The position numbers were made by a program, and so were the translations under genes. The notes below the pieces were generated by a model. The model did no database searches. It saw only the letters and a list, made by a program, of their open reading frames with translations, and had not been told where the DNA came from. From Acidimicrobiales bacterium (GTDB lineage Bacteria > Actinomycetota > Acidimicrobiia > Acidimicrobiales > Aldehydirespiratoraceae): a stretch of DNA of 64,000 nucleotides. How positions within the stretch are numbered: position 1 is the first letter of the stretch; each line of letters begins with the position of its first letter. This document shows, piece by piece, positions 8,343 through 21,899 of this stretch. The DNA lies in the NCBI GenBank assembly GCA_033344915.1, contig JAWPML010000001.1:408369-472368 (forward strand). The letters are read 5' to 3'.

Positions 8343-10882
8343 CGGGAGCGCACCGCGGCGAGATTGCAGGCGTTGTTGATCAGACCGAGGTGGCTGTAGG
8401 CCTGCGGATGGTTCCCGAGCCCGCGACCGCTCACCGGGTCGACCTCCTCGGGAATCAGGCCGGTGGGCCCGGCGAGCTCCACATAGGCGGCGAAGAGCTC
8501 CTCGGCGCCGTCGACGTCGCCGATCAGGAGCTTGGCGTCGATCAACCAGCTGGTCATGAGGTTGAAGCCGCCCTCCTCACCGGGCAGGCCGTCCTCGTGC
8601 TTGTAGCGGTAGACGGTGTGGCCGCTGCGCAGCCAGGTCTCGACGGCGTCGACGGTCGCCCGGAAGCGGGAATCGTCGGCATCGACGAGCCCGAACAGGC
8701 CGATGGCGAGCACCGAGGCGTCGAGGTCGGTGCCGTCGTACGCGGTGGTGAACGAACCCACCTCGTCGTTCCAGCCGTTGGTGAGGATGTCCTTCTCGAT
8801 CTGGTCGCGCAGCGTGATCCACTCCGGCCGCTCCCGGCCGAACACGGTCTCGGCGATGCCGATCGCCCGGTCGACCGTGACCCAGCACATCACCTTCGAG
8901 TTGGTGTGGTGGCGCGGCGCCGAACGCACTTCCCAGATCCCCTGGTCGGGCTCCATCCAGCGCTGGTTCACCGCGGCGACGAGATCCTCGACGAGACGCC
9001 AGTGTCTCGTGGAGAGCGGGGCGTTGATCTCGCCGAGCTGGTGGATGAGTTCGAGCACCGGGCCGAACACGTCGAGCTGTACCTGGTGGTCGGCCGCGTT
9101 GCCGACCCGGACCGGTCGGGAACCGGCATAGCCGGCCAGCTCCTCGATCGAGGCCTCGGGAGGCAGCGACTGACCGTTGACGGTGTAGAGCGGTGACAGC
9201 CGCTCCGGGCCGACATCGCTCGTCTCGATGACGCGGAGGAGCCAGTCGAGCAGGTCCATCGCCTCGTCGATCGAGCCGAGACGCACGAGCGCGCCGGCCG
9301 ACATGGACGCGTCGCGGATCCAGCAGTAGCGGTAGTCCCATTGGCGCACGCCGCCGATGTGCTCGGGCAGGCTGGTCGTGGCGGCCGCGAGGATGGCACC
9401 CGTCGGGCCGTAGCAGAGCGCCTTGAGCGTGAGCGCGGAACGGCGGACGAGGTCGGGTTCGACGACGGGGAGGTCGAGCCGGGCGGCCCACTCGGCCCAG
9501 AACGCGATCGTGCGATCGCGCCGGTCCGCCTCATCGCTGCGATCCGGCCGCATCGATGCCGTGCCACACCGCAGCTCGAGGATGACCGGCCCGTTCGCCA
9601 GGTCGACCTCGGCCGTCGCCGTCTGGTGCATGCCATGGTCGATGACCTGCCAGTCGACGCCCGGCGCTCGGAGCACGACGAGGTCCTGCGCGTTCGTGAC
9701 CTCCAGGCCGCCGTCCCGCAGTTCGAGCTGGGTGGGGAACCGCCCGAAATCGAGCCGAGGGGCGAACTCGACGATCGCCGTGCCCGTGCCCTCGATGACC
9801 CGGACGAGATCGGTGCGGCCGGAGATCCGATGCGGCCGGCCGTCCGAACAGTCGAGATAGTCGGTGACGGACATGGACTCCCAGGACGTGCGCAGGACGA
9901 GCGAGTCGTCGTCGTAGACCTGGACGGGATCGCCGTCCGGTGTCGACGGGCGCACCGAGAAGTGACCCGCCGGCGGACCCCCGAGCAGTTCGGCGAAGAT
10001 CGCGCTCGAGTCGATGCGGGGGACACAGAGCCAGGTGATGCGGGCGTCCGGGGTGACGAGGGCCACGGTGCGCTGATCCGAGAGGATCGAGTGGTCCTCG
10101 ATGGCGGTGATGCCGGCGCCGGCCAACCACTCGGACCGCCGGGTGAACAGGGCCGCGAGGAGGACGGCGACGTCGTCGGGGGTGTCGACCCGGAAGCCGG
10201 CGGAGGTCTCGCCCTCGCCGACCTTCACCCCGACGTCGGGTCCGGCGAGCGTCGCGAACGCGTCCTCGTCGGTGACGTCGTCGCCGAGGAACAACACCGC
10301 GCCGGCGCCCACGCTCTGACGCACGGTGGTCAGCGCCAGGCCCTTGTCGGTCGGCACGAGCAGCAGCTCGCACACCATCTTCCCGTGGCGGACGGTCAGC
10401 TCGCCGACACGCCCCGCGATCTCGTCGAGCTCGGCCAGCACCCCATCGATCGCGGCCTCGTCGACGTTGCGATAGTGCACCGCCACGGAGGCGGGCTTCT
10501 TCTCGAGCGACAGGCCGTCATGGCGGTCGACGAGGGCGCGGAGATCGTCGAGGAGCGCCGAACGGCGCGCCCGGAGATCGGGATCCAGGTCGAGGGCGAA
10601 GTCGATGTCGAACTCCGTGCCGTGCGAGCCGACCAGATGGACTTCGGCCGGAAGCCGCGAGAGTGCGGCCAGATCGCGCAGTGAGCGGCCGGAGATCACC
10701 GCCACCTCGGTCTGGGGCAGCGCCGCGAGGTTGCGGAGGGCGACGCTGGTCTCCCGCAACGGGAGCGCCTTCATCGGATCGTTCACGATCGGGGCGACCG
10801 TGCCGTCGTAGTCCGAGGCGATCAGGAGCACCGGCTGCTGGGCGAGCTGGTCCAGTCGGGCGACCAGATCGGGGTTGGTCAT
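8339..10882 (-). CDS. fusion protein: trehalose-6-phosphate phosphatase (HAD, OtsB-like) + glycoside hydrolase family 15 (glucoamylase/trehalase-like)
   Basis: N-terminal part carries LLIASDYDGTVAPIV ... FLGDDVTDEDAF. C-terminal part carries GGVRQWDYRYCWIRDAS and an alpha/alpha-toroid-like region. Start chosen at MTNPDLV (10882). Confidence 0.8.
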   Translation of the reverse strand: MTNPDLVARLDQLAQQPVLLIASDYDGTVAPIVNDPMKALPLRETSVALRNLAALPQTEVAVISGRSLRDLAALSRLPAEVHLVGSHGTEFDIDFALDLDPDLRARRSALLDDLRALVDRHDGLSLEKKPASVAVHYRNVDEAAIDGVLAELDEIAGRVGELTVRHGKMVCELLLVPTDKGLALTTVRQSVGAGAVLFLGDDVTDEDAFATLAGPDVGVKVGEGETSAGFRVDTPDDVAVLLAALFTRRSEWLAGAGITAIEDHSILSDQRTVALVTPDARITWLCVPRIDSSAIFAELLGGPPAGHFSVRPSTPDGDPVQVYDDDSLVLRTSWESMSVTDYLDCSDGRPHRISGRTDLVRVIEGTGTAIVEFAPRLDFGRFPTQLELRDGGLEVTNAQDLVVLRAPGVDWQVIDHGMHQTATAEVDLANGPVILELRCGTASMRPDRSDEADRRDRTIAFWAEWAARLDLPVVEPDLVRRSALTLKALCYGPTGAILAAATTSLPEHIGGVRQWDYRYCWIRDASMSAGALVRLGSIDEAMDLLDWLLRVIETSDVGPERLSPLYTVNGQSLPPEASIEELAGYAGSRPVRVGNAADHQVQLDVFGPVLELIHQLGEINAPLSTRHWRLVEDLVAAVNQRWMEPDQGIWEVRSAPRHHTNSKVMCWVTVDRAIGIAETVFGRERPEWITLRDQIEKDILTNGWNDEVGSFTTAYDGTDLDASVLAIGLFGLVDADDSRFRATVDAVETWLRSGHTVYRYKHEDGLPGEEGGFNLMTSWLIDAKLLIGDVDGAEELFAAYVELAGPTGLIPEEVDPVSGRGLGNHPQAYSHLGLINNACNLAAVRSR

Positions 10883-11003
10883 GAGATCGCCGGCCACGGG
10901 CTCAGACGCTACCGGCGCGGCGCCGTCGTTCGTGGTGATCCGGCGGTGGTTCCGGCGCCGCACGCGCCCGGTAGCCCCACCGGCACCCGGTACCGTGGGG
11001 CCA

Positions 11004-11843
11004 GTGAGCGATTCGTCCCCCGACACTGACGTCACCAGTTGCTATCGGCACAAGAACACGCCGGCGGGAGTGATCTGCCAGCGTTGTGACCGGCCGATCT
11101 GCACCCAGTGCATGCATCAGGCCTCGGTCGGGTTCCACTGCCCGGAATGCGTGAAGGGTGGCAAGCAGCAGATTCTGCGGGGTGCGCCCACGTTCGACCC
11201 GATCGTGACGAAGATCCTGATCGGGCTGAACGTCGTGATCTTCGTCCTGGCCCAGGGCCGGGCCGGCGCCGACCTCGATTTCGGGCTCATCGGCCGGGGG
11301 TTCGTGTCCGGCGAGGGCTTCATCGGGGTGGCCGAGGGCGAGTACTACCGCCTCGTGACCTCGGGTTTCATGCACGCCGGTCTGATGCACCTCGCCTTCA
11401 ACATGTACGCCCTGTGGATCCTCGGCCCCCAACTCGAACGGGTCTTCGATCGGCCCCGCTTCATCGCGCTCTACATGGTGTCGCTCTTCGGCGGGGCGGC
11501 CGGCGTGATGCTGCTCGACCCCAACGCGATCACGGTCGGCGCGTCCGGCGCGATCTTCGGCCTGTTCGGTGCCATCGCGGTGATCCAGCGATCGATAGGG
11601 ATGAACATCTGGGCGAGCGGCCTCGGCCCGATCCTGGCGCTCAACCTCTTCATCACCTTCGCCATTCCCCGCATCTCGGTGGGTGGTCATCTGGGCGGCC
11701 TGGTGGCGGGCGGTCTCGTGGGGCTGCTCTACATCGCCGCCATCCGCGCCCGCCAGAGCCCGTGGGTCGCGCTGGGTGCGGCCACGGTTTTCGGCCTCGC
11801 GCTCGCCGCGGTGTCGATCCAGCTCGCGCTGAACCCGATCTGA
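11004..11843 (+). CDS. rhomboid family intramembrane serine protease with N-terminal zinc ribbon
   Basis: CYRH...CQRCDRPIC..C...FHCPECV zinc ribbon, then HAGLMHLAFNMYALW and GASGAIFGLFGA rhomboid motifs. GTG start at 11004 is chosen, and alternatives lie upstream. Confidence 0.85.
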   Translation: MSDSSPDTDVTSCYRHKNTPAGVICQRCDRPICTQCMHQASVGFHCPECVKGGKQQILRGAPTFDPIVTKILIGLNVVIFVLAQGRAGADLDFGLIGRGFVSGEGFIGVAEGEYYRLVTSGFMHAGLMHLAFNMYALWILGPQLERVFDRPRFIALYMVSLFGGAAGVMLLDPNAITVGASGAIFGLFGAIAVIQRSIGMNIWASGLGPILALNLFITFAIPRISVGGHLGGLVAGGLVGLLYIAAIRARQSPWVALGAATVFGLALAAVSIQLALNPI

Positions 11844-11848
11844 TCGCG

Positions 11849-12283
11849 TCAGGCGAAGCGCTCGGCCAGCAGTCGCAGGTTGCGCTTCCAGACGAGCTTG
11901 AGGATGCGCCCGCCGACGATTCCGCCGAGTGGACCCCCCATCCACCACGGGAAGCGCAGCTCCTCCTCCCAGACGAACGACGTGTGGTCGTCGCCGAGTG
12001 GGGTGAGGGTGAAGTGGCCGGTGCCCTCGACGAGGCCGACATGGCGGACGCCCATGACCTCACCCGGCTGCCAGTCCGTGATCTCCATCTTGTCCATCAG
12101 CCGGATCGGGCCGATCTTCGTGGCGCAGTCGAACGTCGTGCCGACCCCGGCCGTCGTGTCGGAGGTGAACGTGATGGCTTCCGCGTCGTGCATCCACTCG
12201 ACATGGGTCGAGATGTCCTCCACGTCCGCCCACACGGCGTCGGGTGGGGCGGCGATATCGGTCTCGACTCGGATTCTGGCCAT
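11849..12283 (-). CDS. SRPBCC (START/polyketide cyclase-like) family protein
   Basis: 144 aa. MARIRVETDIAAPPDAVWADVEDISTHVEWM is typical of the SRPBCC N-terminus. Confidence 0.7.
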   Translation of the reverse strand: MARIRVETDIAAPPDAVWADVEDISTHVEWMHDAEAITFTSDTTAGVGTTFDCATKIGPIRLMDKMEITDWQPGEVMGVRHVGLVEGTGHFTLTPLGDDHTSFVWEEELRFPWWMGGPLGGIVGGRILKLVWKRNLRLLAERFA

Positions 12284-12373
12284 TGTCGAACCCTACGATC
12301 CCGCACCCCTCGGCGGATGCACGAGCAGGTGCCCACTTGTGGGGTGCCGCGCCCGGGCGGCGACACTGGGTGG

Positions 12374-12880
12374 GTGAAACGCAACGAACCCGCTCGCAAG
12401 GTGCTCGCCAAGGAGATCCCCGCAACCGACCTGTTGGTCGTCCTCCCGCTCTCGCAGAAGGTGGGTGTCGCCGGCGCGAGTTCCGACGGTGCGGCGCGGT
12501 CGGGCTCGACGGTCTACTCGTTGCCCTACGCCAGGGGGCTTGGAATCGACCACACGACGCGCGGGCACCGTCTCGACCTCGTCGACTCGTGGCTCGTGGT
12601 GACGCCCACCGAACTGCGGTTCTACGGCATCAACCAGTGGTCGCTGACGGGCAAGCCGAAGGGCCACCGCGAGACGATCGCGCGCGACGGCGTCTCTCTC
12701 GGATGGTTCGACACCAACGCGCTCACGATGGTCAACCGGGTGCTCCACTTCCACTTCCCCGACGGCACCCACCTCCTCTCGGCGACGATGTTGCGAGCCG
12801 GGTCGAGCAAGAAGACGTACAACGACGAACCACAGCTGCTCGTCGAGCAGTTCGGTGACGCGGCGACCGAGGTCGGCTGA
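12374..12880 (+). CDS. hypothetical protein (possibly PH-like fold)
   Basis: GTG start at 12374 within the long 11108..12880 frame. Coding-like composition appears only from here on. No motif recognised. Confidence 0.5.
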   Translation: MKRNEPARKVLAKEIPATDLLVVLPLSQKVGVAGASSDGAARSGSTVYSLPYARGLGIDHTTRGHRLDLVDSWLVVTPTELRFYGINQWSLTGKPKGHRETIARDGVSLGWFDTNALTMVNRVLHFHFPDGTHLLSATMLRAGSSKKTYNDEPQLLVEQFGDAATEVG

Positions 12881-12885
12881 GCCGT

Positions 12886-13626
12886 TCAGTCGATCGAGCG
12901 GCGATACACCGTCACGTGGACGTCCGCGTCGGCGGTGAACGGCTCGCCCCGCCAGCCGCCGTCACGCCGCTCGACCGTGAAGCCCGCCGCCGTGAACAGG
13001 TCGTCGAGCTGGTCGGGCGTGCGGTAGTGGAGCTCCCAGGGACGCATCCGCACTCCGGCCCCGGTGACGTCGATGTGTTGGCCGCGGATCACCTGGGCGT
13101 CGGCGTCGTGCTGTGAGGCGCTGATCACCGCCCGGTCCGTGGTGATCTCGCGCACGGACACCCCGCCGTCGGTGAGCCCGTCGGCCGGCGGGACGAAGCC
13201 CTCGATGACCACGCAGCCACCCGGCTGGACCGCCGTGGCGAGAACCGCCGCACAGCGCGCCTGGGCGTCGGTCGAGGTGAGGTTGAAGAAGGTGTTGAAC
13301 GCGGCGAACGCCACGGCGAACGAATCGGGCTCTACCGGCGGATCCGCCATGTCGGCTTCGAGGACCGTGATCGCGTCGGCGCCCGGCTTGGCCCGGAGTC
13401 GGTCGAGCATCGCCCGTGACGCGTCGATTCCGGTCACCGCCAGCCCGGCCGCGGCGAGCGGCAGGGCGAGTCGGCCGGTGCCGACGCCGAGTTCGAGCAC
13501 GGGACCGCCGTCGGCGAGCGCGGTGATCCCGGCCACGGTCGCGGCGACATCGCTGACGTCGCCGTACCAGTCGTCGTACACGTCGGCGAAGCTCTCGCCG
13601 TAGGTCTCCGGTCCGTACCTCTGCAC
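12886..13626 (-). CDS. class I SAM-dependent methyltransferase
   Basis: SAM motif I VLELGVGTGRLALPLA and the GIDAS...ML motif. Confidence 0.85.
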   Translation of the reverse strand: MQRYGPETYGESFADVYDDWYGDVSDVAATVAGITALADGGPVLELGVGTGRLALPLAAAGLAVTGIDASRAMLDRLRAKPGADAITVLEADMADPPVEPDSFAVAFAAFNTFFNLTSTDAQARCAAVLATAVQPGGCVVIEGFVPPADGLTDGGVSVREITTDRAVISASQHDADAQVIRGQHIDVTGAGVRMRPWELHYRTPDQLDDLFTAAGFTVERRDGGWRGEPFTADADVHVTVYRRSID

Positions 13627-13670
13627 GCTCGCAGTCTGCCGTGGCCGGGCCGAGTCCGTAGGCTGAGGCG

Positions 13671-14843
13671 ATGGACACCGGCGGCGCCACGCCCGAGATC
13701 TACCTCGACCATGCTGCGTCCACGCCGGTGCGCCCCGAGGCTCGGGACGCCTGGCTCGCGGCGACCGACACCCACCACGCCAACCCGACCGGGTCCCACA
13801 AGGCGGCGCGCGCCGCCCGCCGGGCCCTCGACGACGCCCGCGACGCAGTCGCCGCGGCGTTGGGTCGTCCGCCCGCCGAGTTGATCTTCACCAGCGGCGG
13901 CTCGGAGGCCGACAATCTGGCGGTGCGGGGCGTCCTGGCCGCGCGTGGCGGTGTGGCGGTGTGCTCGGCGGGGGAGCACCATGCCGTGCTCGAACCGGTC
14001 GAACACGCGGGCGGCGTGACGGTCGGTCTCGACGAGACCGGGCGGGTCGCGCCGGACGACCTGGCCGACCTGCTCGACGGGCGCGACGACGTGTCGATCG
14101 TGTCGCTCATCGCGGTCAACAACGAGACCGGCGCGGTCAACGACCTGCCGGCGCTCGCCGCGGTCGTGCGCGACCACGCGCCCGGTGCGCTGATCCACAC
14201 CGACGCGGTGCAGGCGTTGAGCTGGGTCGACGTCGCGGAGGTGGCGGCCGACGCCGACCTCGTGTCGATCACCGGCCACAAGGTGGGAGGCCCGATCGGC
14301 ACCGGCGCTCTGTTCGTGCGCCAGGGCGTGGAACTCGGGGCCCAGATCCTCGGCGGCGGTCAGGAACGGGGGCGGCGGGCGGGCACCCCCGACGTGGCCG
14401 GTGCCGCGGCGTTCGCGGCCGCCGTGGAGGCCACCGTCGAGCGGCGTGAGTCCGAGGTCGCCCGGCTGGGTGCGCTCCGCGACCGTCTGATCGCGGGGCT
14501 GGTCGACGAGCTGGGCGACGTCGTCACCCCCACCATCGCCCGACCGGGTGACGTCGCGCGGGTCGCCGCGGGGATCGCCCACGTGATCCTCGCGGACATC
14601 GAAGCCGAGGCCCTGCTGTTCCTGCTCGACCAGCAGGGCATCCGCGCGTCGGCCGCCTCGTCGTGTTCGTCCGGCGCGCAGGACCCGTCGCACGTGCTCG
14701 CCGCAATGGGCGTGCCCCGGGAGGTCGCCCAGGGATCGCTACGGCTGTCGCTCGGGTGGACGTCCACCGAGGCCGACGTCGACGCGGCGCTCGCGATCAT
14801 CCCCGACGCGGTGCATCACCTCCGCGCCCACGGCGGCGGCTGA
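13671..14843 (+). CDS. cysteine desulfurase (NifS/IscS class V aminotransferase)
   Basis: ITGHKVGGPIGTGALFVR (PLP lysine) and SSCSSGAQDPSHVL (active-site Cys loop). Lies near mnmA. Confidence 0.9.
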   Translation: MDTGGATPEIYLDHAASTPVRPEARDAWLAATDTHHANPTGSHKAARAARRALDDARDAVAAALGRPPAELIFTSGGSEADNLAVRGVLAARGGVAVCSAGEHHAVLEPVEHAGGVTVGLDETGRVAPDDLADLLDGRDDVSIVSLIAVNNETGAVNDLPALAAVVRDHAPGALIHTDAVQALSWVDVAEVAADADLVSITGHKVGGPIGTGALFVRQGVELGAQILGGGQERGRRAGTPDVAGAAAFAAAVEATVERRESEVARLGALRDRLIAGLVDELGDVVTPTIARPGDVARVAAGIAHVILADIEAEALLFLLDQQGIRASAASSCSSGAQDPSHVLAAMGVPREVAQGSLRLSLGWTSTEADVDAALAIIPDAVHHLRAHGGG

Positions 14844-14849
14844 CGGGGC

Positions 14850-15872
14850 TCAGCCCCAGCGGACCAGCGAACTCGCCCAGGTGAACCCGGCGCCGAACGC
14901 GGCGATGCAGACGAGCATCCCCGGTTCGAGCTTGCCGGCCTTCAGCGCCTCGTCGAGCCCGATCGGAATCGTCGCGGCCGTCGTGTTGCCGAACCGCTGG
15001 ATCGTGTTGAAGACCTTGTCGTCGTCCTCGATACCGAGCTGCTTGGCGGCGAAGTAGTTGATGCGCATGTTGGCCTGGTGGAAGATCCAGAGGTCGACGT
15101 CGTCGACCGTGAACCCGTTGGTGTCGAGCGCCTCCATGGCCACCTCGGGCATCCGGGTGACGGCGTGCTTGAACACGGTCTTGCCGTTCATGCGGGGGTA
15201 CTGGGCCTTGCGTTCGAGCCAGTCGTTGTCCCACCGGTTGGGCGCGAACGTCATCGACGGACCCTCGGTCCACAGCTCCTTGGCGTAGCTGCCGTCGGCG
15301 TGGAGGTGCGACGAGTAGATGTGGGGCTGCGTCGCGGGGTCGTCGACCTCGGTCGCCCGGAGAACCGCGGCGCCGGCACCGTCACCGAACAGCACCGTGA
15401 TGTCGCGGCCCTCGGTGGAGACATCGAGGCCCTTGGAATGGATCTCGGCGCCGACGAGCAGGATCGTGTCGGCCATGCCGCCACGGATGAACATGTCCGC
15501 CTGGGCCATGCCGTAGACGAAGCCGCTGCACTGCTGGCGGACGTCGATGGCGGGGATTTTCGGGCAGTCGAGCTTCGCCTGGAGGAAGCAGGCGGTGCCG
15601 GGGAACTCGTGGTCGGGTGAGAGCGTCGCGAAGAGGATCATGTCGAGGTCGGCCGGGGTGATGCCGGCCGCGGCCATCGCCTTGTTCGCCGCCTCCAGGC
15701 CGAGGTCGCTCGTCGTGGTGTTGTCCGGCTCGACCCAGTGGCGTTCCTCGATGCCCGAGCGGCTCTGGATCCACTCGTCCGAAGTGTCCATCCATTGCGT
15801 CAGGTCGTCGTTCGTCACCACACGATCGGGAACGAACGAACCGACTCCGGCGATGCGAGTGCGTCGAGTCAT
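14850..15872 (-). CDS. 3-oxoacyl-ACP synthase III (FabH)-like ketosynthase
   Basis: Active-site context DVRQQCSGFVYG, plus FHQANMRI and GNTTAATIP motifs (Cys-His-Asn triad). Confidence 0.85.
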   Translation of the reverse strand: MTRRTRIAGVGSFVPDRVVTNDDLTQWMDTSDEWIQSRSGIEERHWVEPDNTTTSDLGLEAANKAMAAAGITPADLDMILFATLSPDHEFPGTACFLQAKLDCPKIPAIDVRQQCSGFVYGMAQADMFIRGGMADTILLVGAEIHSKGLDVSTEGRDITVLFGDGAGAAVLRATEVDDPATQPHIYSSHLHADGSYAKELWTEGPSMTFAPNRWDNDWLERKAQYPRMNGKTVFKHAVTRMPEVAMEALDTNGFTVDDVDLWIFHQANMRINYFAAKQLGIEDDDKVFNTIQRFGNTTAATIPIGLDEALKAGKLEPGMLVCIAAFGAGFTWASSLVRWG

Positions 15873-15895
15873 GGTCGAGAACTTACGCTGGTCAT

Positions 15896-16963
15896 GTGCC
15901 TTCTGACCGCATCGCCCCCGCCGGGGTTACCGACGACGGACCCGTCATGGTGATGATGTCCGGCGGCGTCGACTCGTCCGTCGCCGCGGCGCTGCTCCAG
16001 CAGGCCGGCCACGAGGTCGTCGGGGTCACGATGAAGCTGTGGGGCGGGCCGAGCGACACCGGGTGTTGCGCGGTGAGCGACGTCGACGACGCCCGCCGGG
16101 TCGCGGATCGGCTGGGGATCGAGCACCACGTGTTCAACTTCGGCGACGACTTCGAACGCGACGTGGTCGGGCCGTATGTCGCCGATCACGCGGCGGGGCG
16201 CACGCCCAATCCGTGCATCGAGTGCAACCGGCATCTCAAGTTCGACCGGCTCCTGCGCCGGGCGGACGCGCTCGGCTTCACCCGGGTCGCCACCGGGCAT
16301 CACGCCCGCGTTGTGGCGACCCCCGACGGGCCCCGGCTCGGGCGGGGCGCGGACGCGGCCAAGGACCAGTCCTACGTCCTCCATGTGCTCGACCAGGACG
16401 TGCTCGGGCGGCTCGTGCTGCCGCTCGGGGGGATGACGAAGGCGGACGTGCGGGCGCTCGCCGCGGACCTGGATCTGCGGACTGCACACAAGCCCGAGAG
16501 CCAGGACGTCTGCTTCATCACGAACGAGCACGGCCGGGAGACGTTCCTCGGTGATCGGATCCCGCTGCGGCGAGGTCGTGTCGTCGATCGGGACGGCGTG
16601 GAGGTCGGGACGGTGCCGGCGATCGAGATGGTCACGATCGGACAGCGCAAGCGCCTCGGGCTCGCCGGCGGCACGGACCCCCGCTATGTCGTCGACGTGG
16701 ACCCCGCGAGCAGCACGGTGACCGTGGGCGAGAAGGCCGACCTGACGGTGGACCACACGCCGCTGGACAGCTGGACGTGGATCGGGCGCCCCATCGACGG
16801 TGAGGTGATGCTCCAGTGCAGCGCCCACGGTCGCGCCGAGCCCGGCCGGGTCGTCGACGGTCGGGTCGAGTGGACGGCCGGCCACCGCAGGATCGCCCCC
16901 GGCCAGAGCGTCGTCGCCTACGTCGATGACCTCGTCACCGGCGGCGGCATCGCCACTCGCTGA
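15896..16963 (+). CDS. mnmA: tRNA-specific 2-thiouridylase
   Basis: PP-loop VMMSGGVDSSVAAALL. Also NPCIECNRHLKF and DQSYVL motifs. Confidence 0.92.
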   Translation: MPSDRIAPAGVTDDGPVMVMMSGGVDSSVAAALLQQAGHEVVGVTMKLWGGPSDTGCCAVSDVDDARRVADRLGIEHHVFNFGDDFERDVVGPYVADHAAGRTPNPCIECNRHLKFDRLLRRADALGFTRVATGHHARVVATPDGPRLGRGADAAKDQSYVLHVLDQDVLGRLVLPLGGMTKADVRALAADLDLRTAHKPESQDVCFITNEHGRETFLGDRIPLRRGRVVDRDGVEVGTVPAIEMVTIGQRKRLGLAGGTDPRYVVDVDPASSTVTVGEKADLTVDHTPLDSWTWIGRPIDGEVMLQCSAHGRAEPGRVVDGRVEWTAGHRRIAPGQSVVAYVDDLVTGGGIATR

Positions 16964-16964
16964 A

Positions 16965-16993
16965 GTGAAGCGGGGGTCAGACCCCTGCTTCAC
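16965..16993 (+). terminator. stem-loop immediately after mnmA stop (12-bp stem incl. one G-U, 5-nt loop, no U-tract)
   Basis: gtgaagcgggggtcagacccctgcttcac. The arms gtgaagc/gcttcac and gggg/cccc pair. Confidence 0.5.
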
Positions 16994-17060
16994 CCGGGAG
17001 AAAGTACGGGGGTCTGACCCCAGAAAGTACGTAATGGGGTCTGACCCCAGAAGGTATGGG

Positions 17061-17064
<4 letters not shown>
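16972..17064. repeat. three copies of the 13-bp palindrome GGGGTC-N-GACCCC; last two within tandem AGAAAGTAC(N)GGGGTCTGACCCC units
   Basis: Palindromes read directly at 16972-16985, 17008-17021 and 17036-17048. A partial copy overlaps the stop of the 17061..17990 gene. Confidence 0.85.
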
Positions 17065-20523
<3,459 letters not shown>

Positions 20524-20525
20524 CG

Positions 20526-21848
20526 ATGTCCGACACAGCACCCACCGAATCCGCCGATGTCGTCATCATCGGCGCCGGAGTCATCGGTTGCGCCCTTGCG
20601 CTCGAGCTCTCGCGTCGTGGTCACGCCACCGTCAACGTGGACAAGGCCGCCGCGGCCGGCAGCGGGTCGACCATCAACTCCTGCGCCATCATCCGCTTCA
20701 GCTACTCCACCGAGGAGGGCGTGAACTTCGCGTGGGAAGGGGGCCAGTACTGGCCGAACTGGGCGGACCACATCGGCACGGACGACGAGCTCGGGCTGAT
20801 CGAGTACCACGAATGCGGCCAGCTCGTCATGACCTCGGAGACCGATCCCCGGGCCGAGCGAGTGGCGGAGTTGTGGGCGAAGCTCGACATCCCCTTCGAA
20901 CGGCTCGACCTCGACCAACTGTCGACACGGTTCCCGTGGCTCGACCACGGTATGTACGGGCCACCGAAGCGGCCCGAGGACCCCACGTTCTGGGACGACC
21001 CGAAAGCGACGATCACCGGCGCGATCTACACCCCCAACGGCGGCTACGTCTCCGACCCGCAGCTGTCGTGCCACAACCTCCAGCGGGGAGCCGAGGCCCA
21101 TGGCGCGCGCTTCCTGTTCAACCGCGAGGTCGTGTCGGTCGACCGCACCGACGGGCGGGTCAGTGGCGTCACGTTCGCCGATGGGGGTCGAGTGGCGGCC
21201 CCCGTCGTCGTCAACGTCGCGGGGCCCCACAGCGCGGTGATCAACCGGATGGCCGGTGTCCTCGACGAGATGAACATCAAGACCGCAGCGTTGCGCCACG
21301 AGGTGCACCACGTGCCGTCACCGCCGGGGATCGACTTCGAGGCGAGCGGTGTGGTCGTGGCCGACGACGACGTCGGGTTCTACTGCCGACCCGAGGTCGG
21401 CAACCATGTGCTGCTCGGCAGCGTGGACGCGGCCTGCGATCCCCGCGAGTTCGTCGATCCCGACGACTACGACCGTTCGATCGGCGAGGAGCAGTGGCAC
21501 ATGCAGGTGCTGCGGGCCAACCGGCGCATCAACGATCTGGGTGTTCCCCACGAGCGCAAGGGCATCGTGGACCTCTACGACGTGAGCGACGACTGGCTGC
21601 CGATCTACGACCGCACCGCGCTCGACGGCTTCTACGTGGCGATCGGCACCAGCGGCAACCAGTACAAGAACGCCGGGGTCGCCGGTCAGGTCATGGCAGA
21701 CCTCATCGAGGCCGTCGAGGCGGGTCACGACCACGACCACGATCCGGTCGTCAGCGTCGGTCGCTACACGGGTCGGGATCTGAACGTCGGGTTCTTCAGC
21801 CGCAACCGCGAGATCAACGCCGACTCGTCCATGTCGGTCCACGGCTGA
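20526..21848 (+). CDS. FAD-dependent oxidoreductase (DAO / sarcosine oxidase beta-like)
   Basis: Rossmann dinucleotide motif DVVIIGAGVIGCALALELSRRG at the N-terminus. Confidence 0.8.
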   Translation: MSDTAPTESADVVIIGAGVIGCALALELSRRGHATVNVDKAAAAGSGSTINSCAIIRFSYSTEEGVNFAWEGGQYWPNWADHIGTDDELGLIEYHECGQLVMTSETDPRAERVAELWAKLDIPFERLDLDQLSTRFPWLDHGMYGPPKRPEDPTFWDDPKATITGAIYTPNGGYVSDPQLSCHNLQRGAEAHGARFLFNREVVSVDRTDGRVSGVTFADGGRVAAPVVVNVAGPHSAVINRMAGVLDEMNIKTAALRHEVHHVPSPPGIDFEASGVVVADDDVGFYCRPEVGNHVLLGSVDAACDPREFVDPDDYDRSIGEEQWHMQVLRANRRINDLGVPHERKGIVDLYDVSDDWLPIYDRTALDGFYVAIGTSGNQYKNAGVAGQVMADLIEAVEAGHDHDHDPVVSVGRYTGRDLNVGFFSRNREINADSSMSVHG

Positions 21849-21899
21849 CGGATCGTCCGCCGATTTGTCTGCGTCGCCGAGGCCCGCCAACCTGCCGCC

